64,000 nt of DNA from Eledone cirrhosa (lineage: Eukaryota), in the NCBI GenBank assembly GCA_964016885.1, contig OZ024747.1:30070001-30134000 (forward strand), in the 5' to 3' direction. The position numbers and the translations under genes were made by a program. Under the pieces are notes generated by a model. That model saw only the letters and a list, made by a program, of their open reading frames with translations. It ran no database searches and had not been told where the DNA came from. Shown here piece by piece: positions 40,550 through 55,500 of this stretch; positions within the stretch are counted from its first letter, which is position 1; each line of letters begins with the position of its first letter.

Positions 40550-43500
40550 CGTGTATGTATAAATGTATAAACGCATTTTTTCCAAATACTGTGTAAAATG
40601 ATCAATTTGTGAAAAACCTAAAAAAATCAATTTTAGAAATCAGAAGTAAATATTTCGAAAAGTATAAAAAAATTGATTATTTTAGGTTTTTCACAAATTG
40701 ATCATTTTACACAGTATTTCGAAAAATTGTTTTTTTACAAAAAACATTGATTTTTTTTCTTTCGAAATATAGACTTTCTGATTTCGAAAATTGATATATA
40801 TTTTGTATTTTTCAAACACAATGTATAAACGCATTTTTTTGAAAAAAAACATTTTTTCCAAATACTCTGTAAAATGATCAATTTGTGAAAAACCTAAAAA
40901 AATCAATTTTAGAAGTCAGAAGTAAATATTTCGAAAAGTATAAAAAAATTGATTATTTTAGGTTTTTGATAATTTTACACAATATTTCGAAAATTTTTGT
41001 TGATTTTTGTTCTTTTGAAATATCTACTTTCTGATTTCGAAAATTGTTATATATTTTGTATTTTTAAAAAATTTTTCAGCGTGTATGTATAAATGTATAA
41101 ACGCATTTTTTCCAAATACTGTGTAAAATGATCAATTTGTGAAAAACCTAAAAAAATCAATTTTAGAAATCAGAGGTAAATATTTCGAAAAGTATAAAAA
41201 AATTGATTATTTTAGGTTTTTCACAAATTGATCATTTTACACAGTATTTCGAAAAATTGTTTTTTTACAAAAAACATTGATTTTTTTTCTTTCGAAATAT
41301 ATATTTTCTGATTTCGAAAATTGATATATATTTTGTATTTTTCAAACACAATGTATAAACGCATTTTTTTGAAAAAAAACATTTTTTCCAAATACTCTGT
41401 AAAATGATCAATTTGTGAAAAACCTAAAAAAATCAATTTTAGGTCAGAAGTAAATATTTCGAAAAGTATAAAAAAATTGATTATTTTAGGTTTTTCACAA
41501 ATTGATAATTTTACACAATATTTCGAAAATTTGTTTTTTTTCAAAAAAGATTGATTTTTTTTCTATCGAAATATATACTTTCTGATTTCGAAAATTGATA
41601 TACATTTTGTATTTTTCAAATATTTTTCAACGTGTTGAAACAGTGTAATAAACGCATTCTTTTGAAAAAAAAACATTTTTTCCAAATACTGTGAAAAAAC
41701 CTAAAAAAATCAATTTTAGAAATTAGAAGTAAATATTTCGAAAAGTGTAAACAAATTGATTATTTTAGGTTTTTCACAAATTGATCATTTTACACAGTAT
41801 TTCGAAAAATTGTTTTTTTTCAAAAAAGATTGATTTTTTTCTTTTGAAATATCTACTTTCTGATTTCGAAAATTGTTATATATTTTGTATTTTAAAAAAA
41901 TTTTTCAACGTGTATGTATAAATGTATAAACGCATTTTTTCCAAATACTGTGTAAAATGATCAATTTGTGAAAAACCTAAAAAAATCAATTTTAGAAATC
42001 AGAAGTAAATATTTCGAAAAGTATAAAAAAATTGATTATTTTAGGTTTTTCACAAATTGATCATTTTACACAGTATTTCGAAAAATTGTTTTTTTACAAA
42101 AAACATTGATTTTTTTTCTTTCGAAATATAGACTTTCTGATTTCGAAAATTGATATATATTTTGTATTTTTCAAACACAATGTATAAACGCATTTTTTTG
42201 AAAAAAAACATTTTTTCCAAATACTCTGTAAAATGATCAATTTGTGAAAAACCTAAAAAAATCAATTTTAGAAGTCAGAAGTAAATATTTCGAAAAGTAT
42301 AAAAAAATTGATTATTTTAGGTTTTTGATAATTTTACACAATATTTCGAAAATTTGTTTTTTTTCAAAAAAGATTGATTTTTTTTCTTTTGAAATATCTA
42401 CTTTCTGATTTCGAAAATTGTTATATATTTTGTATTTTTAAAAAGTTTTTCAATGTGTCGAAACATAATGTATAAACGCATTTTTTCCAAATACTGTGTA
42501 AAATGATCTATTTGTGAAAAAGCTAAAAAAATCAATTTTACAAATCGGAAGTAAATATTTCGAAAAGTATAAAAAAATTGATTATTTTAGGTTTTTCACA
42601 AATTGATCATTTTAAACAGTATTTCGAAAAATTATTTTTTTTCCCAAAACATTGATTTTTTTCTTTCGGAATATATACTTTCTGATTTCGAAAATTGATA
42701 TATATTTTGTATTTTTCAAACACAATGTATAAACGCATTTTTTTGAAAAAAAACATTTTTTCCAAATACTGTGTAAAATGATCAATTTGTGAAAAACCTA
42801 AAAAAATCAATTTTAGAAATCAGAAGTAAATATTTCGAAAAGTGTAAACAAATTGATTATTTTAGGTTTTTCACAAATTGATCATTTTACACAGTATTTC
42901 GAAAAATTGTTTTTTTTCAAAAAAGATTGGTTCTTTTTTCTTTCGAAATATCTACTTTCTGATTTCGAAAATTGTTATATATTTTGTATTTTTAAAAAAT
43001 TTTTCAACGTGTATGTATAAATGTATAAACGCATTTTTTCCAAATACTGTGTAAAATGATCAATTTGTGAAAAACCTAAAAAAATCAATTTTAGAAATCA
43101 GAAGTAAATATTTCGAAAAGTATAAAAAAATTGATTATTTTAGGTTTTTCACAAATTGATCATTTTACACAGTATTTCGAAAAATTGTTTTTTTACAAAA
43201 AACATTGATTTTTTTTCTTTCGAAATATAGACTTTCTGATTTCGAAAATTGATATATATTTTGTATTTTTCAAACACAATGTATAAACGCATTTTTTTGA
43301 AAAAAAACATTTTTTCCAAATACTCTGTAAAATGATCAATTTGTGAAAAACCTAAAAAAATCAATTTTAGAAGTCAGAAGTAAATATTTCGAAAAGTATA
43401 AAAAAATTGATTATTTTAGGTTTTTGATAATTTTACACAATATTTCGAAAATTTGTTTTTTTTCAAAAAAGATTGATTTTTTTTCTTTTGAAATATCTAC

Positions 43501-46500
43501 TTTCTGATTTCGAAAATTGTTATATATTTTGTATTTTTAAAAAATTTTTCAGCGTGTATGTATAAACGCATTTTTTCCAAATACTGTGTAAAATGATCAA
43601 TTTGTGAAAAACCTAAAAAAATCAATTTTAGAAATCAGAAGTAAATATTTCGAAAAGTGTAAACAAATTGATTATTTTAGGTTTTTCACAAATTGATCAT
43701 TTTACACAGTATTTCGAAAAATTGTTTTTTTACAAAAAACATTGATTTTTTTTCTTTCGAAATATATACTTTCTGATTTCGAAAATTGATATATATTTTG
43801 TATTTTTCAAACACAATGTATAAACGCATTTTTAAAAAAAAAAACATTTTTTCCAAATACTGTGTAAATTGATCAATTCGTGAAAAAACCTAAAAAAATC
43901 AATTTTAGAAATCAGAAGTAAATATTTCGAAAAGTGTAAACAAATTGATTTTTTTAGGTTTTTCACAAATTGATCATTTTACACAGTATTTCGAAAAATT
44001 GTTTTTTTACAAAAAACATTGATTTTTTTTCTTTCGAAATATATACTTTCTGATTTCGAAAATTGATATATATTTTGTATTTTTCAAACACAATGTATAA
44101 ACGCATTTTTTTGAAAAAAAACATTTTTTCCAAATACTGTGTAAAATGATCAATTTGTGAAAAACCTAAAAAAATCAATTCTAGAAATCAAAAGTAAATA
44201 TTTCGAAAAGTATAAAAAAATTGATTATTTTAGGTTTTTCACAAATTGATCATTTTACACAGTATTTCGAAAAATTGTTTTTTTACAAAAAACATTGATT
44301 TTTTTTCTATCGAAATATATACTTTCTGATTTCGAAAATTGATATACATTTTGTATTTTTCAAATATTTTTCAACGTGTTGAAACAGTGTATAAACGCAT
44401 TCTTTTGAAAAAAAAACATTTTTTCCAAATACTGTGAAAAAACCTAAAAAAATCAATTTTAGAAATTAGAAGTAAATATTTCGAAAAGTGTAAACAAATT
44501 GATTATTTTAGGTTTTTCACAAATAGATCATTTTACACAGTATTTCGAAAAATTGTTTTTTTTCAAAAAAGATTGATTTTTTTCTTTTGAAATATCTACT
44601 TTCTGATTTCGAAAATTGTTATATATTTTGTATTTTTAAAAAATTTTTCAACGTGTATGTATAAATGTATAAACGCATTTTTTCCAAATACTGTGTAAAA
44701 TGATCAATTTGTGAAAAACCTAAAAAAATCAATTTTAGAAATCAGAAGTAAATATTTCGAAAAGTATAAAAAAATTGATTATTTTAGGTTTTTCACAAAT
44801 TGATCATTTTACACAGTATTTCGAAAAATTGTTTTTTTACAAAAAACATTGATTTTTTTTCTTTCGAAATATAGACTTTCTGATTTCGAAAATTGATATA
44901 TATTTTGTATTTTTCAAACACAATGTATAAACGCATTTTTTTGAAAAAAAACATTTTTTCCAAATACTCTGTAAAATGATCAATTTGTGAAAAACCTAAA
45001 AAAATCAATTTTAGAAGTCAGAAGTAAATATTTCGAAAAGTATAAAAAAATTGATTATTTTAGGTTTTTCACAAATTGATAATTTTACACAATATTTCGA
45101 AAATTTGTTTTTTTTCAAAAAAGATTGATTTTTTTTCTATCGAAATATATACTTTCTGATTTCGAAAATTGATATACATTTTGTATTTTTCAAATATTTT
45201 TCAACGTGTTGAAACAAAGTGTATAAACGCATTTTTTTGAAAAAAAGACATTTTTTCCAAAAAAATCAATTTTAGAAATTAGAAGTAAATATTTCAAAAA
45301 GTGTAAACAAATTGATTATTTTAGGTTTTTCACAAATTGATCATTTTACACAGTATTTGGAAAAATTGTTTTTTTTCAAAAAAGATTGATTTTTTTTCTT
45401 TTGAAATATCTACTTTCTGATTTCGAAAATTGTTATATATTTTGTATTTTTAAAAAGTTTTTCAACGTGTCGAAACATAATGTATAAACGCATTTTTTCC
45501 AAATACTGTGTGAAATGATCTATTTTTGAAAAAGCTAAAAAAATCAATTTTAGAAATCGGAAGTAAATATTTCGAAAAGTATAAAAAAATTGATTATTTT
45601 AGGTTTTTCACAAATTGATCATTTTAAACAGTATTTCGAAAAATTATTTTTTTTCCAAAAACATTGATTTTTTTCTTTCGGAATATATACTTTCTGATTT
45701 CGAAAATTGATATATATTTTGTATTTTTCAAACACAATGTATAAACGCATTTTTTTGAAAAAAAACATTTTTTCCAAATACTGTGTAAAATGATCAATTT
45801 GTGAAAAACCTAAAAAAATCAATTTTAGAAATCAGAAGTAAATATTTCGAAAAGTATAAAAAAATTGATTATTTTAGGTTTTTCACAAATTGATCATTTT
45901 ACACAGTATTTCGAAAAATTGTTTTTTTATCAAAAAAGATTGATTTTTTTTCTTTCGAAATATATAATTTCTGATTTCGAAATTTGATATATATTTTGTA
46001 TTTTTAAAAAGTTTTTCAATGTGTCGAAACATAATGTATAAACGCATTTTATCCAAATACTGTGTAAAATGATCTATTTGTGAAAAAGCTAAAAAAATCA
46101 ATTTTAGAAATCGGAAGTAAATATTTCGAAAAGTATAAAAAAATTGATTATTTTAGGTTTTTCACAAATTGATCATTTTAAACAGTATTTCGAAAAATTA
46201 TTTTTTTTCCAAAAACATTGATTTTTTTCTTTCGGAATATATACTTTCTGATTTCGAAAATTGATATATATTTTGTATTTTTCAAACACAATGTATAAAC
46301 GCATTTTTTTGAAAAAAAACATTTTTTCCAAATACTGTGTAAAATGATCAATTTGTGAAAAAGCTAAATAAATCAATTTTAGAAATCGGAAGTAAATATT
46401 TCGAAAAGTATAAAAAAATTGATTATTTTAGGTTTTTCACAAATTGATCATTTTAAACAGTATTTCGAAAAATTATTTTTTTTCCAAAAACATTGATTTT

Positions 46501-49500
46501 TTTCTTTCGAAATATATATTTTCTGATTTCGAATATTGATATACATTTTGTATTTTTCAAATATTTTTCAACGTATGTATAAACAATGTATAAACGCATT
46601 TTTTTGAAAAAAAACATTTTTTCCAAATACTGTGTAAATTGATCAATTTGTGAAAAAACCTAAAAAAATCAATTTTAGAAATCAGAAGTAAATATTTCGA
46701 AAAGTTGATTATTTTAGGTTTTTCACAAATTGATCATTTTACACAGTATTTCGAAAAATTGTTTTTTTTCCAAAAACATTGATTTTTTTCTTTCGGAATG
46801 TATACTTTCTGATTTCGAAAATTGATATACATTTTGTATTTTTCATATATTTTTCAACGTGTTGAAACAGTGTATAAACGCATTCTTTTGAAAAAAAAAC
46901 ATTTTTTCCAAATACTGTGAAAAAATCTAAAAAAATCAATTTTAGAAATTAGAAGTAAATATTTCGAAAAGTGTAAACAAATTGATTATTTTAGGTTTTT
47001 CACAAATTGATCATTTTACACAGTATTTCGAAAAATTGTTTTTTTTCAAAAAAATATCTACTTTCTGATTTCGAAAATTGTTATATATTTTGTATTTTTA
47101 AAAAGTTTTTCAACGTGTCGAAACATAATGTATAAACGCATTTTTTCCAAATACTGTGTAAAATGATCTATTTGTGAAAAAGCTAAAAAAATCAATTTTA
47201 GAAATCAGAAGTAAATATTTCGAAAAGTATAAAAAAATTGATTATTTTAGGTTTTTCACAAATTGATCATTTTACACAGTATTTCGAAAAATTGTTTTTT
47301 TACAAAAAACATTGATTTTTTTCCTTTCGAAAATTGATATATATTTTGTATTTTTCAAACACAATGTATAAACGCATTTTTTTGAAAAAAAACATTTTTT
47401 CCAAATACTCTGTAAAATGATCAATTTGTGAAAAACCTAAAAAAATCAATTTTAGAAGTCAGAAGTAAATATTTCGAAAAGTATAAAAAAAATTGATTAT
47501 TTTAGGTTTTTCACAAATTGATAATTTTACACAATATTTCGAAAATTTGTTTTTTTTCAAAAAAGATTGATTTTTTTTCTATCGAAATATATACTTTCTG
47601 ATTTCGAAAATTGATATACATTTTGTATTTTTCAAATATTTTTCAACGTGTTGAAACACAGTGTATAAACACATTCTTTTGAAAAAAAAACATTTTTTCC
47701 AAATACTGTGAAAAAACCTAAAAAAATCAATTTTAGAAATTAGAAGTAAATATTTCGAAAAGTGTAAACAAATTGATTATTTTAGGTTTTTCACAAATTG
47801 ATCATTTTACACAGTATTTCGAAAAATTGTTTTTTTTCAAAAAAGATTGATTTTTTTCTTTTGAAATATCTACTTTCTGATTTCGAAAATTGTTATATAT
47901 TTTGTATTTTTAAAAAATTTTTCAACGTGTATGTATAAATGTATAAACGCATTTTTTCCAAATACTGTGTAAAATGATCAATTTGTGAAAAACCTAAAAA
48001 AATCAATTTTAGAAATCAGAAGTAAATATTTCGAAAAGTATAAAAAAATTGATTATTTTAGGTTTTTCACAAATTGATCATTTTACACAGTATTTCGAAA
48101 AATTGTTTTTTTACAAAAAACATTGATTTTTTTTCTTTCGAAATATAGACTTTCTGATTTCGAAAATTGATATATATTTTGTATTTTTCAAACACAATGT
48201 ATAAACGCATTTTTTTGAAAAAAAACATTTTTTCCAAATACTCTGTAAAATGATCAATTTGTGAAAAACCTAAAAAAATCAATTTTAGAAATCAGAAGTA
48301 AATATTTCGAAAAGTGTAAACAAATTGATTTTTTTAGGTTTTTCACAAATTGATCATTTTACACAGTATTTCGAAAAATTGTTTTTTTTCAGAAAAGATT
48401 GATTTTTTTTCTTTTGAAATATCTACTTTCTGATTTCGAAAATTGTTATATATTTTGTATTTTTAAAAAATTTTTCAACGTGTTGAAACAGTGTATAAAC
48501 GCATTCTTTTGAAAAAAAAACATTTTTTCCAAATACTGTGAAAAAACCTAAAAAAATCAATTTTAGAAATTAGAAGTAAATATTTCGAAAAGTGTAAACA
48601 AATTGATTATTTTAGGTTTTTCACAAATTGATCATTTTACACAGTATTTCGAAAAATTGTTTTTTTTCAAAAAAGATTGATTTTTTTCTTTTGAAATATC
48701 TACTTTCTGATTTCGAAAATTGTTATATATTTTGTATTTTTAAAAAATTTTTCAACGTGTATGTATAAATGTATAAACGCATTTTTTCCAAATACTGTGT
48801 AAAATGATCAATTTGTGAAAAACCTAAAAAAATCAATTTTAGAAATCAGAAGTAAATATTTCGAAAAGTATAAAAAAATTGATTATTTTAGGTTTTTCAC
48901 AAATTGATCATTTTACACAGTATTTCGAAAAATTGTTTTTTTACAAAAAACATTGATTTTTTTTCTTTCGAAATATAGACTTTCTGATTTCGAAAATTGA
49001 TATATATTTTGTATTTTTCAAACACAATGTATAAACGCATTTTTTTGAAAAAAAACATTTTTTCCAAATACTCTGTAAAATGATCAATTTGTGAAAAACC
49101 TAAAAAAATCAATTTTAGAAGTCAGAAGTAAATATTTCGAAAAGTATAAAAAAATTGATTATTTTAGGTTTTTCACAAATTGATAATTTTACACAATATT
49201 TCGAAAATTTGTTTTTTTTCAAAAAAGATTGATTTTTTTTCTATCGAAATATATACTTTCTGATTTCGAAAATTGATATACATTTTGTATTTTTCAAATA
49301 TTTTTCAACGTGTTGAAACAAAGTGTATAAACGCATTTTTTTGAAAAAAAGACATTTTTTCCAAAAAAATCAATTTTAGAAATTAGAAGTAAATATTTCA
49401 AAAAGTGTAAACAAATTGATTATTTTAGGTTTTTCACAAATTGATCATTTTACACAGTATTTGGAAAAATTGTTTTTTTTCAAAAAAGATTGATTTTTTT

Positions 49501-52500
49501 TCTTTTGAAATATCTACTTTCTGATTTCGAAAATTGTTATATATTTTGTATTTTTAAAAAGTTTTTCAACGTGTCGAAACATAATGTATAAACGCATTTT
49601 TTCCAAATACTGTGTGAAATGATCTATTTTTGAAAAAGCTAAAAAAATCAATTTTAGAAATCGGAAGTAAATATTTCGAAAAGTATAAAAAAATTGATTA
49701 TTTTAGGTTTTTCACAAATTGATCATTTTAAACAGTATTTCGAAAAATTATTTTTTTTCCAAAAACATTGATTTTTTTCTTTCGGAATATATACTTTCTG
49801 ATTTCGAAAATTGATATATATTTTGTATTTTTCAAACACAATGTATAAACGCATTTTTTTGAAAAAAAACATTTTTTCCAAATACTGTGTAAAATGATCA
49901 ATTTGTGAAAAACCTAAAAAAATCAATTTTAGAAATCAGAAGTAAATATTTCGAAAAGTATAAAAAAATTGATTATTTTAGGTTTTTCACAAATTGATCA
50001 TTTTACACAGTATTTCGAAAAATTGTTTTTTTATCAAAAAAGATTGATTTTTTTTCTTTCGAAATATATAATTTCTGATTTCGAAATTTGATATATATTT
50101 TGTATTTTTAAAAAGTTTTTCAATGTGTCGAAACATAATGTATAAACGCATTTTATCCAAATACTGTGTAAAATGATCTATTTGTGAAAAAGCTAAAAAA
50201 ATCAATTTTAGAAATCGGAAGTAAATATTTCGAAAAGTATAAAAAAATTGATTATTTTAGGTTTTTCACAAATTGATCATTTTAAACAGTATTTCGAAAA
50301 ATTATTTTTTTTCCAAAAACATTGATTTTTTTCTTTCGGAATATATACTTTCTGATTTCGAAAATTGATATATATTTTGTATTTTTCAAACACAATGTAT
50401 AAACGCATTTTTTTGAAAAAAAACATTTTTTCCAAATACTGTGTAAAATGATCAATTTGTGAAAAAGCTAAATAAATCAATTTTAGAAATCGGAAGTAAA
50501 TATTTCGAAAAGTATAAAAAAATTGATTATTTTAGGTTTTTCACAAATTGATCATTTTAAACAGTATTTCGAAAAATTATTTTTTTTCCAAAAACATTGA
50601 TTTTTTTCTTTCGAAATATATATTTTCTGATTTCGAATATTGATATACATTTTGTATTTTTCAAATATTTTTCAACGTATGTATAAATAATGTATAAACG
50701 CATTTTTTTGAAAAAAAACATTTTTTCCAAATACTGTGTAAATTGATCAATTTGTGAAAAAACCTAAAAAAATCAATTTTAGAAATCAGAAGTAAATATT
50801 TCGAAAAGTTGATTATTTTAGGTTTTTCACAAATTGATCATTTTACACAGTATTTCGAAAAATTGTTTTTTTTCCAAAAACATTGATTTTTTTCTTTCGG
50901 AATGTATACTTTCTGATTTCGAAAATTGATATACATTTTGTATTTTTCATATATTTTTCAACGTGTTGAAACAGTGTATAAACGCATTCTTTTGAAAAAA
51001 AAACATTTTTTCCAAATACTGTGAAAAAATCTAAAAAAATCAATTTTAGAAATTAGAAGTAAATATTTCGAAAAGTGTAAACAAATTGATTATTTTAGGT
51101 TTTTCACAAATTGATCATTTTACACAGTATTTCGAAAAATTGTTTTTTTTCAAAAAAATATCTACTTTCTGATTTCGAAAATTGTTATATATTTTGTATT
51201 TTTAAAAAGTTTTTCAACGTGTCGAAACATAATGTATAAACGCATTTTTTCCAAATACTGTGTAAAATGATCTATTTGTGAAAAAGCTAAAAAAATCAAT
51301 TTTAGAAATCAGAAGTAAATATTTCGAAAAGTATAAAAAAATTGATTATTTTAGGTTTTTCACAAATTGATCATTTTACACAGTATTTCGAAAAATTGTT
51401 TTTTTACAAAAAACATTGATTTTTTTCCTTTCGAAAATTGATATATATTTTGTATTTTTCAAACACAATGTATAAACGCATTTTTTTGAAAAAAAACATT
51501 TTTTCCAAATACTCTGTAAAATGATCAATTTGTGAAAAACCTAAAAAAATCAATTTTAGAAGTCAGAAGTAAATATTTCGAAAAGTATAAAAAAAATTGA
51601 TTATTTTAGGTTTTTCACAAATTGATAATTTTACACAATATTTCGAAAATTTGTTTTTTTTCAAAAAAGATTGATTTTTTTTCTATCGAAATATATACTT
51701 TCTGATTTCGAAAATTGATATACATTTTGTATTTTTCAAATATTTTTCAACGTGTTGAAACACAGTGTATAAACACATTCTTTTGAAAAAAAAACATTTT
51801 TTCCAAATACTGTGAAAAAACCTAAAAAAATCAATTTTAGAAATTAGAAGTAAATATTTCGAAAAGTGTAAACAAATTGATTATTTTAGGTTTTTCACAA
51901 ATTGATCATTTTACACAGTATTTCGAAAAATTGTTTTTTTTCAAAAAAGATTGATTTTTTTCTTTTGAAATATCTACTTTCTGATTTCGAAAATTGTTAT
52001 ATATTTTGTATTTTTAAAAAATTTTTCAACGTGTATGTATAAATGTATAAACGCATTTTTTCCAAATACTGTGTAAAATGATCAATTTGTGAAAAACCTA
52101 AAAAAATCAATTTTAGAAATCAGAAGTAAATATTTCGAAAAGTATAAAAAAATTGATTATTTTAGGTTTTTCACAAATTGATCATTTTACACAGTATTTC
52201 GAAAAATTGTTTTTTTACAAAAAACATTGATTTTTTTTCTTTCGAAATATAGACTTTCTGATTTCGAAAATTTATATATATTTTGTATTTTTCAAACACA
52301 ATGTATAAACGCATTTTTTTGAAAAAAAACATTTTTTCCAAATACTCTGTAAAATGATCAATTTGTGAAAAACCTAAAAAAATCAATTTTAGAAGTCATA
52401 AGTAAATATTTCGAAAAGTATAAAAAAATTGATTATTTTAGGTTTTTCACAAATTGATCATTTTAAACAGTATTTCGAAAAATTATTTTTTTTCTCAAAA

Positions 52501-55500
52501 CATTGATTTTTTTCTTTCGGAATATATACTTTCTGATTTCGAAAATTGATATATATTTTGTATTTTTCAAACACAATGTATAAACGCATTTTTTTAAAAA
52601 AAAACATTTTTTCCAAATACTGTGTAAATTGATCAATTCGTGAAAAAACCTAAAAAAATCAATTTTAGAAATCAGAAGTAAATATTTCGAAAAGTGTAAA
52701 CAAATTGATTATTTTAGGTTTTTCACAAATTGATCATTTTACACAGTATTTCGAAAAATTGTTTTTTTACAAAAAACATTGATTTTTTTTCTTTCGAAAT
52801 ATATACTTTCTGATTTCGAAAATTGATATATATTTTGTATTTTTCAAACACAATGTATAAACGCATTTTTTTAAAAAAAAACATTTTTTCCAAATACTGT
52901 GTAAATTGATCAATTCGTGAAAAAACCTAAAAAAATCAATTTTAGAAATCAGAAGTAAATATTTCGAAAAGTGTAAACAAATTGATTTTTTTAGGTTTTT
53001 CACAAATTGATCATTTTACACAGTATTTCGAAAAATTGTTTTTTTTCAGAAAAGATTGATTTTTTTTCTTTTGAAATATCTACTTTCTGATTTCGAAAAT
53101 TGTTATATAATTTCTATTTTTAAAAAATTTTTCAGCGTGTATGTATAAATGTATAAACGCATTTTTTCAAAATACTGTGTAAAATGATCAATTTGTGAAA
53201 AACCTAAAAAAATCAATTTTAGAAGTCAGAAGTAAATATTTCGAAAAGTATAAAAAAATTGATTATTTTAGGTTCTTCACAAATTGATAATGTTACACAA
53301 TATTTCGAAAATTTGTTTTTTTTCAAAAAAGATTGATTTTTTTTCTATCGAAATATATACTTTCTGATTTCGAAAATTGTATATACATTTTGTATTTTTC
53401 AAATATTTTTCAACGTGTTGAAACAGTGTATAAACGCATTCTTTTGAAAAAAAAACATTTTTTCCAAATACTGTGAAAAAACCTAAAAAAATCAATTTTA
53501 GAAATTAGAAGTAAATATTTCGAAAAGTGTAAACAAATTGATTATTTTAGGTTTTTCACAAATTGATCATTTTACACAGTATTTCGAAAAATTGTTTTTT
53601 TTCAAAAAAGATTGATTTTTTTCTTTTGAAATATCTACTTTCTGATTTCGAAAATTGTTATATATTTTGTATTTTTAAAAAATTTTTCAACGTGTATGTA
53701 TAAATGTATAAACGCATTTTTTCCAAATACTGTGTAAAATGATCAATTTGTGAAAAACCTAAAAAAATCAATTTTAGAAATCAGAAGTAAATATTTCGAA
53801 AAGTATAAAAAAATTGATTATTTTAGGTTTTTCACAAATTGATCATTTTACACAGTATTTCGAAAAATTGTTTTTTTACAAAAAACATTGATTTTTTTTC
53901 TTTCGAAATATATACTTTCTGATTTCGAAAATTGATATACATTTTGTATTTTTCAAATATTTTTCAACGTGTTGAAACAAAGTGTATAAACGCATTTTTT
54001 TGAAAAAAAGACATTTTTTCCAAAAAAATCAATTTTAGAAATTAGAAGTAAATATTTCAAAAAGTGTAAACAAATTGATTATTTTAGGTTTTTCACAAAT
54101 TGATCATTTTACACAGTATTTGGAAAAATTGTTTTTTTTCAAAAAAGATTGATTTTTTTTCTTTTGAAATATCTACTTTCTGATTTCGAAAATTGTTATA
54201 TATTTTGTATTTTTAAAAAGTTTTTCAACGTGTCGAAACATAATGTATAAACGCATTTTTTCCAAATACTGTGTGAAATGATCTATTTTTGAAAAAGCTA
54301 AAAAAATCAATTTTAGAAATCGGAAGTAAATATTTCGAAAAGTATAAAAAAATTGATTATTTTAGGTTTTTCACAAATTGATCATTTTAAACAGTATTTC
54401 GAAAAATTATTTTTTTTCCAAAAACATTGATTTTTTTCTTTCGGAATATATACTTTCTGATTTCGAAAATTGATATATATTTTGTATTTTTCAAACACAA
54501 TGTATAAACGCATTTTTTTGAAAAAAAACATTTTTTCCAAATACTGTGTAAAATGATCAATTTGTGAAAAAGCTAAATAAATCAATTTTAGAAATCGGAA
54601 GTAAATATTTCGAAAAGTATAAAAAAATTGATTATTTTAGGTTTTTCACAAATTGATCATTTTACACAGTATTTCGAAAAATTGTTTTTTTACAAAAAAC
54701 ATTGATTTTTTTTCTTTCGAAATATATACTTTCTGATTTCGAAAATTGATATATATTTTGTATTTTTCAAACACAATGTATAAACGCATTTTTTTGAAAA
54801 AAAACATTTTTTCCAAATACTCTGTAAAATGATCAATTTGTGAAAAACCTAAAAAAATCAATTTTAGAAGTCAGAAGTAAATATTTCGAAAAGTATAAAA
54901 AAAATTGATTATTTTAGGTTTTTCACAAATTGATAATTTTACACAATATTTCGAAAATTTGTTTTTTTTCAAAAAAGATTGATTTTTTTTCTATCGAAAT
55001 ATATACTTTCTGATTTCGAAAATTGATATACATTTTGTATTTTTCAAATATTTTTCAACGTGTTGAAACACAGTGTATAAACACATTCTTTTGAAAAAAA
55101 AACATTTTTTCCAAATACTGTGAAAAAACCTAAAAAAATCAATTTTAGAAATTAGAAGTAAATATTTCGAAAAGTGTAAACAAATTGATTATTTTAGGTT
55201 TTTCACAAATTGATCATTTTACACAGTATTTCGAAAAATTGTTTTTTTTCAAAAAAGATTGATTTTTTTCTTTTGAAATATCTACTTTCTGATTTCGAAA
55301 ATTGTTATATATTTTGTATTTTTAAAAAATTTTTCAACGTGTATGTATAAATGTATAAACGCATTTTTTCCAAATACTGTGTAAAATGATCAATTTGTGA
55401 AAAACCTAAAAAAATCAATTTTAGAAATCAGAAGTAAATATTTCGAAAAGTATAAAAAAATTGATTATTTTAGGTTTTTCACAAATTGATCATTTTACAC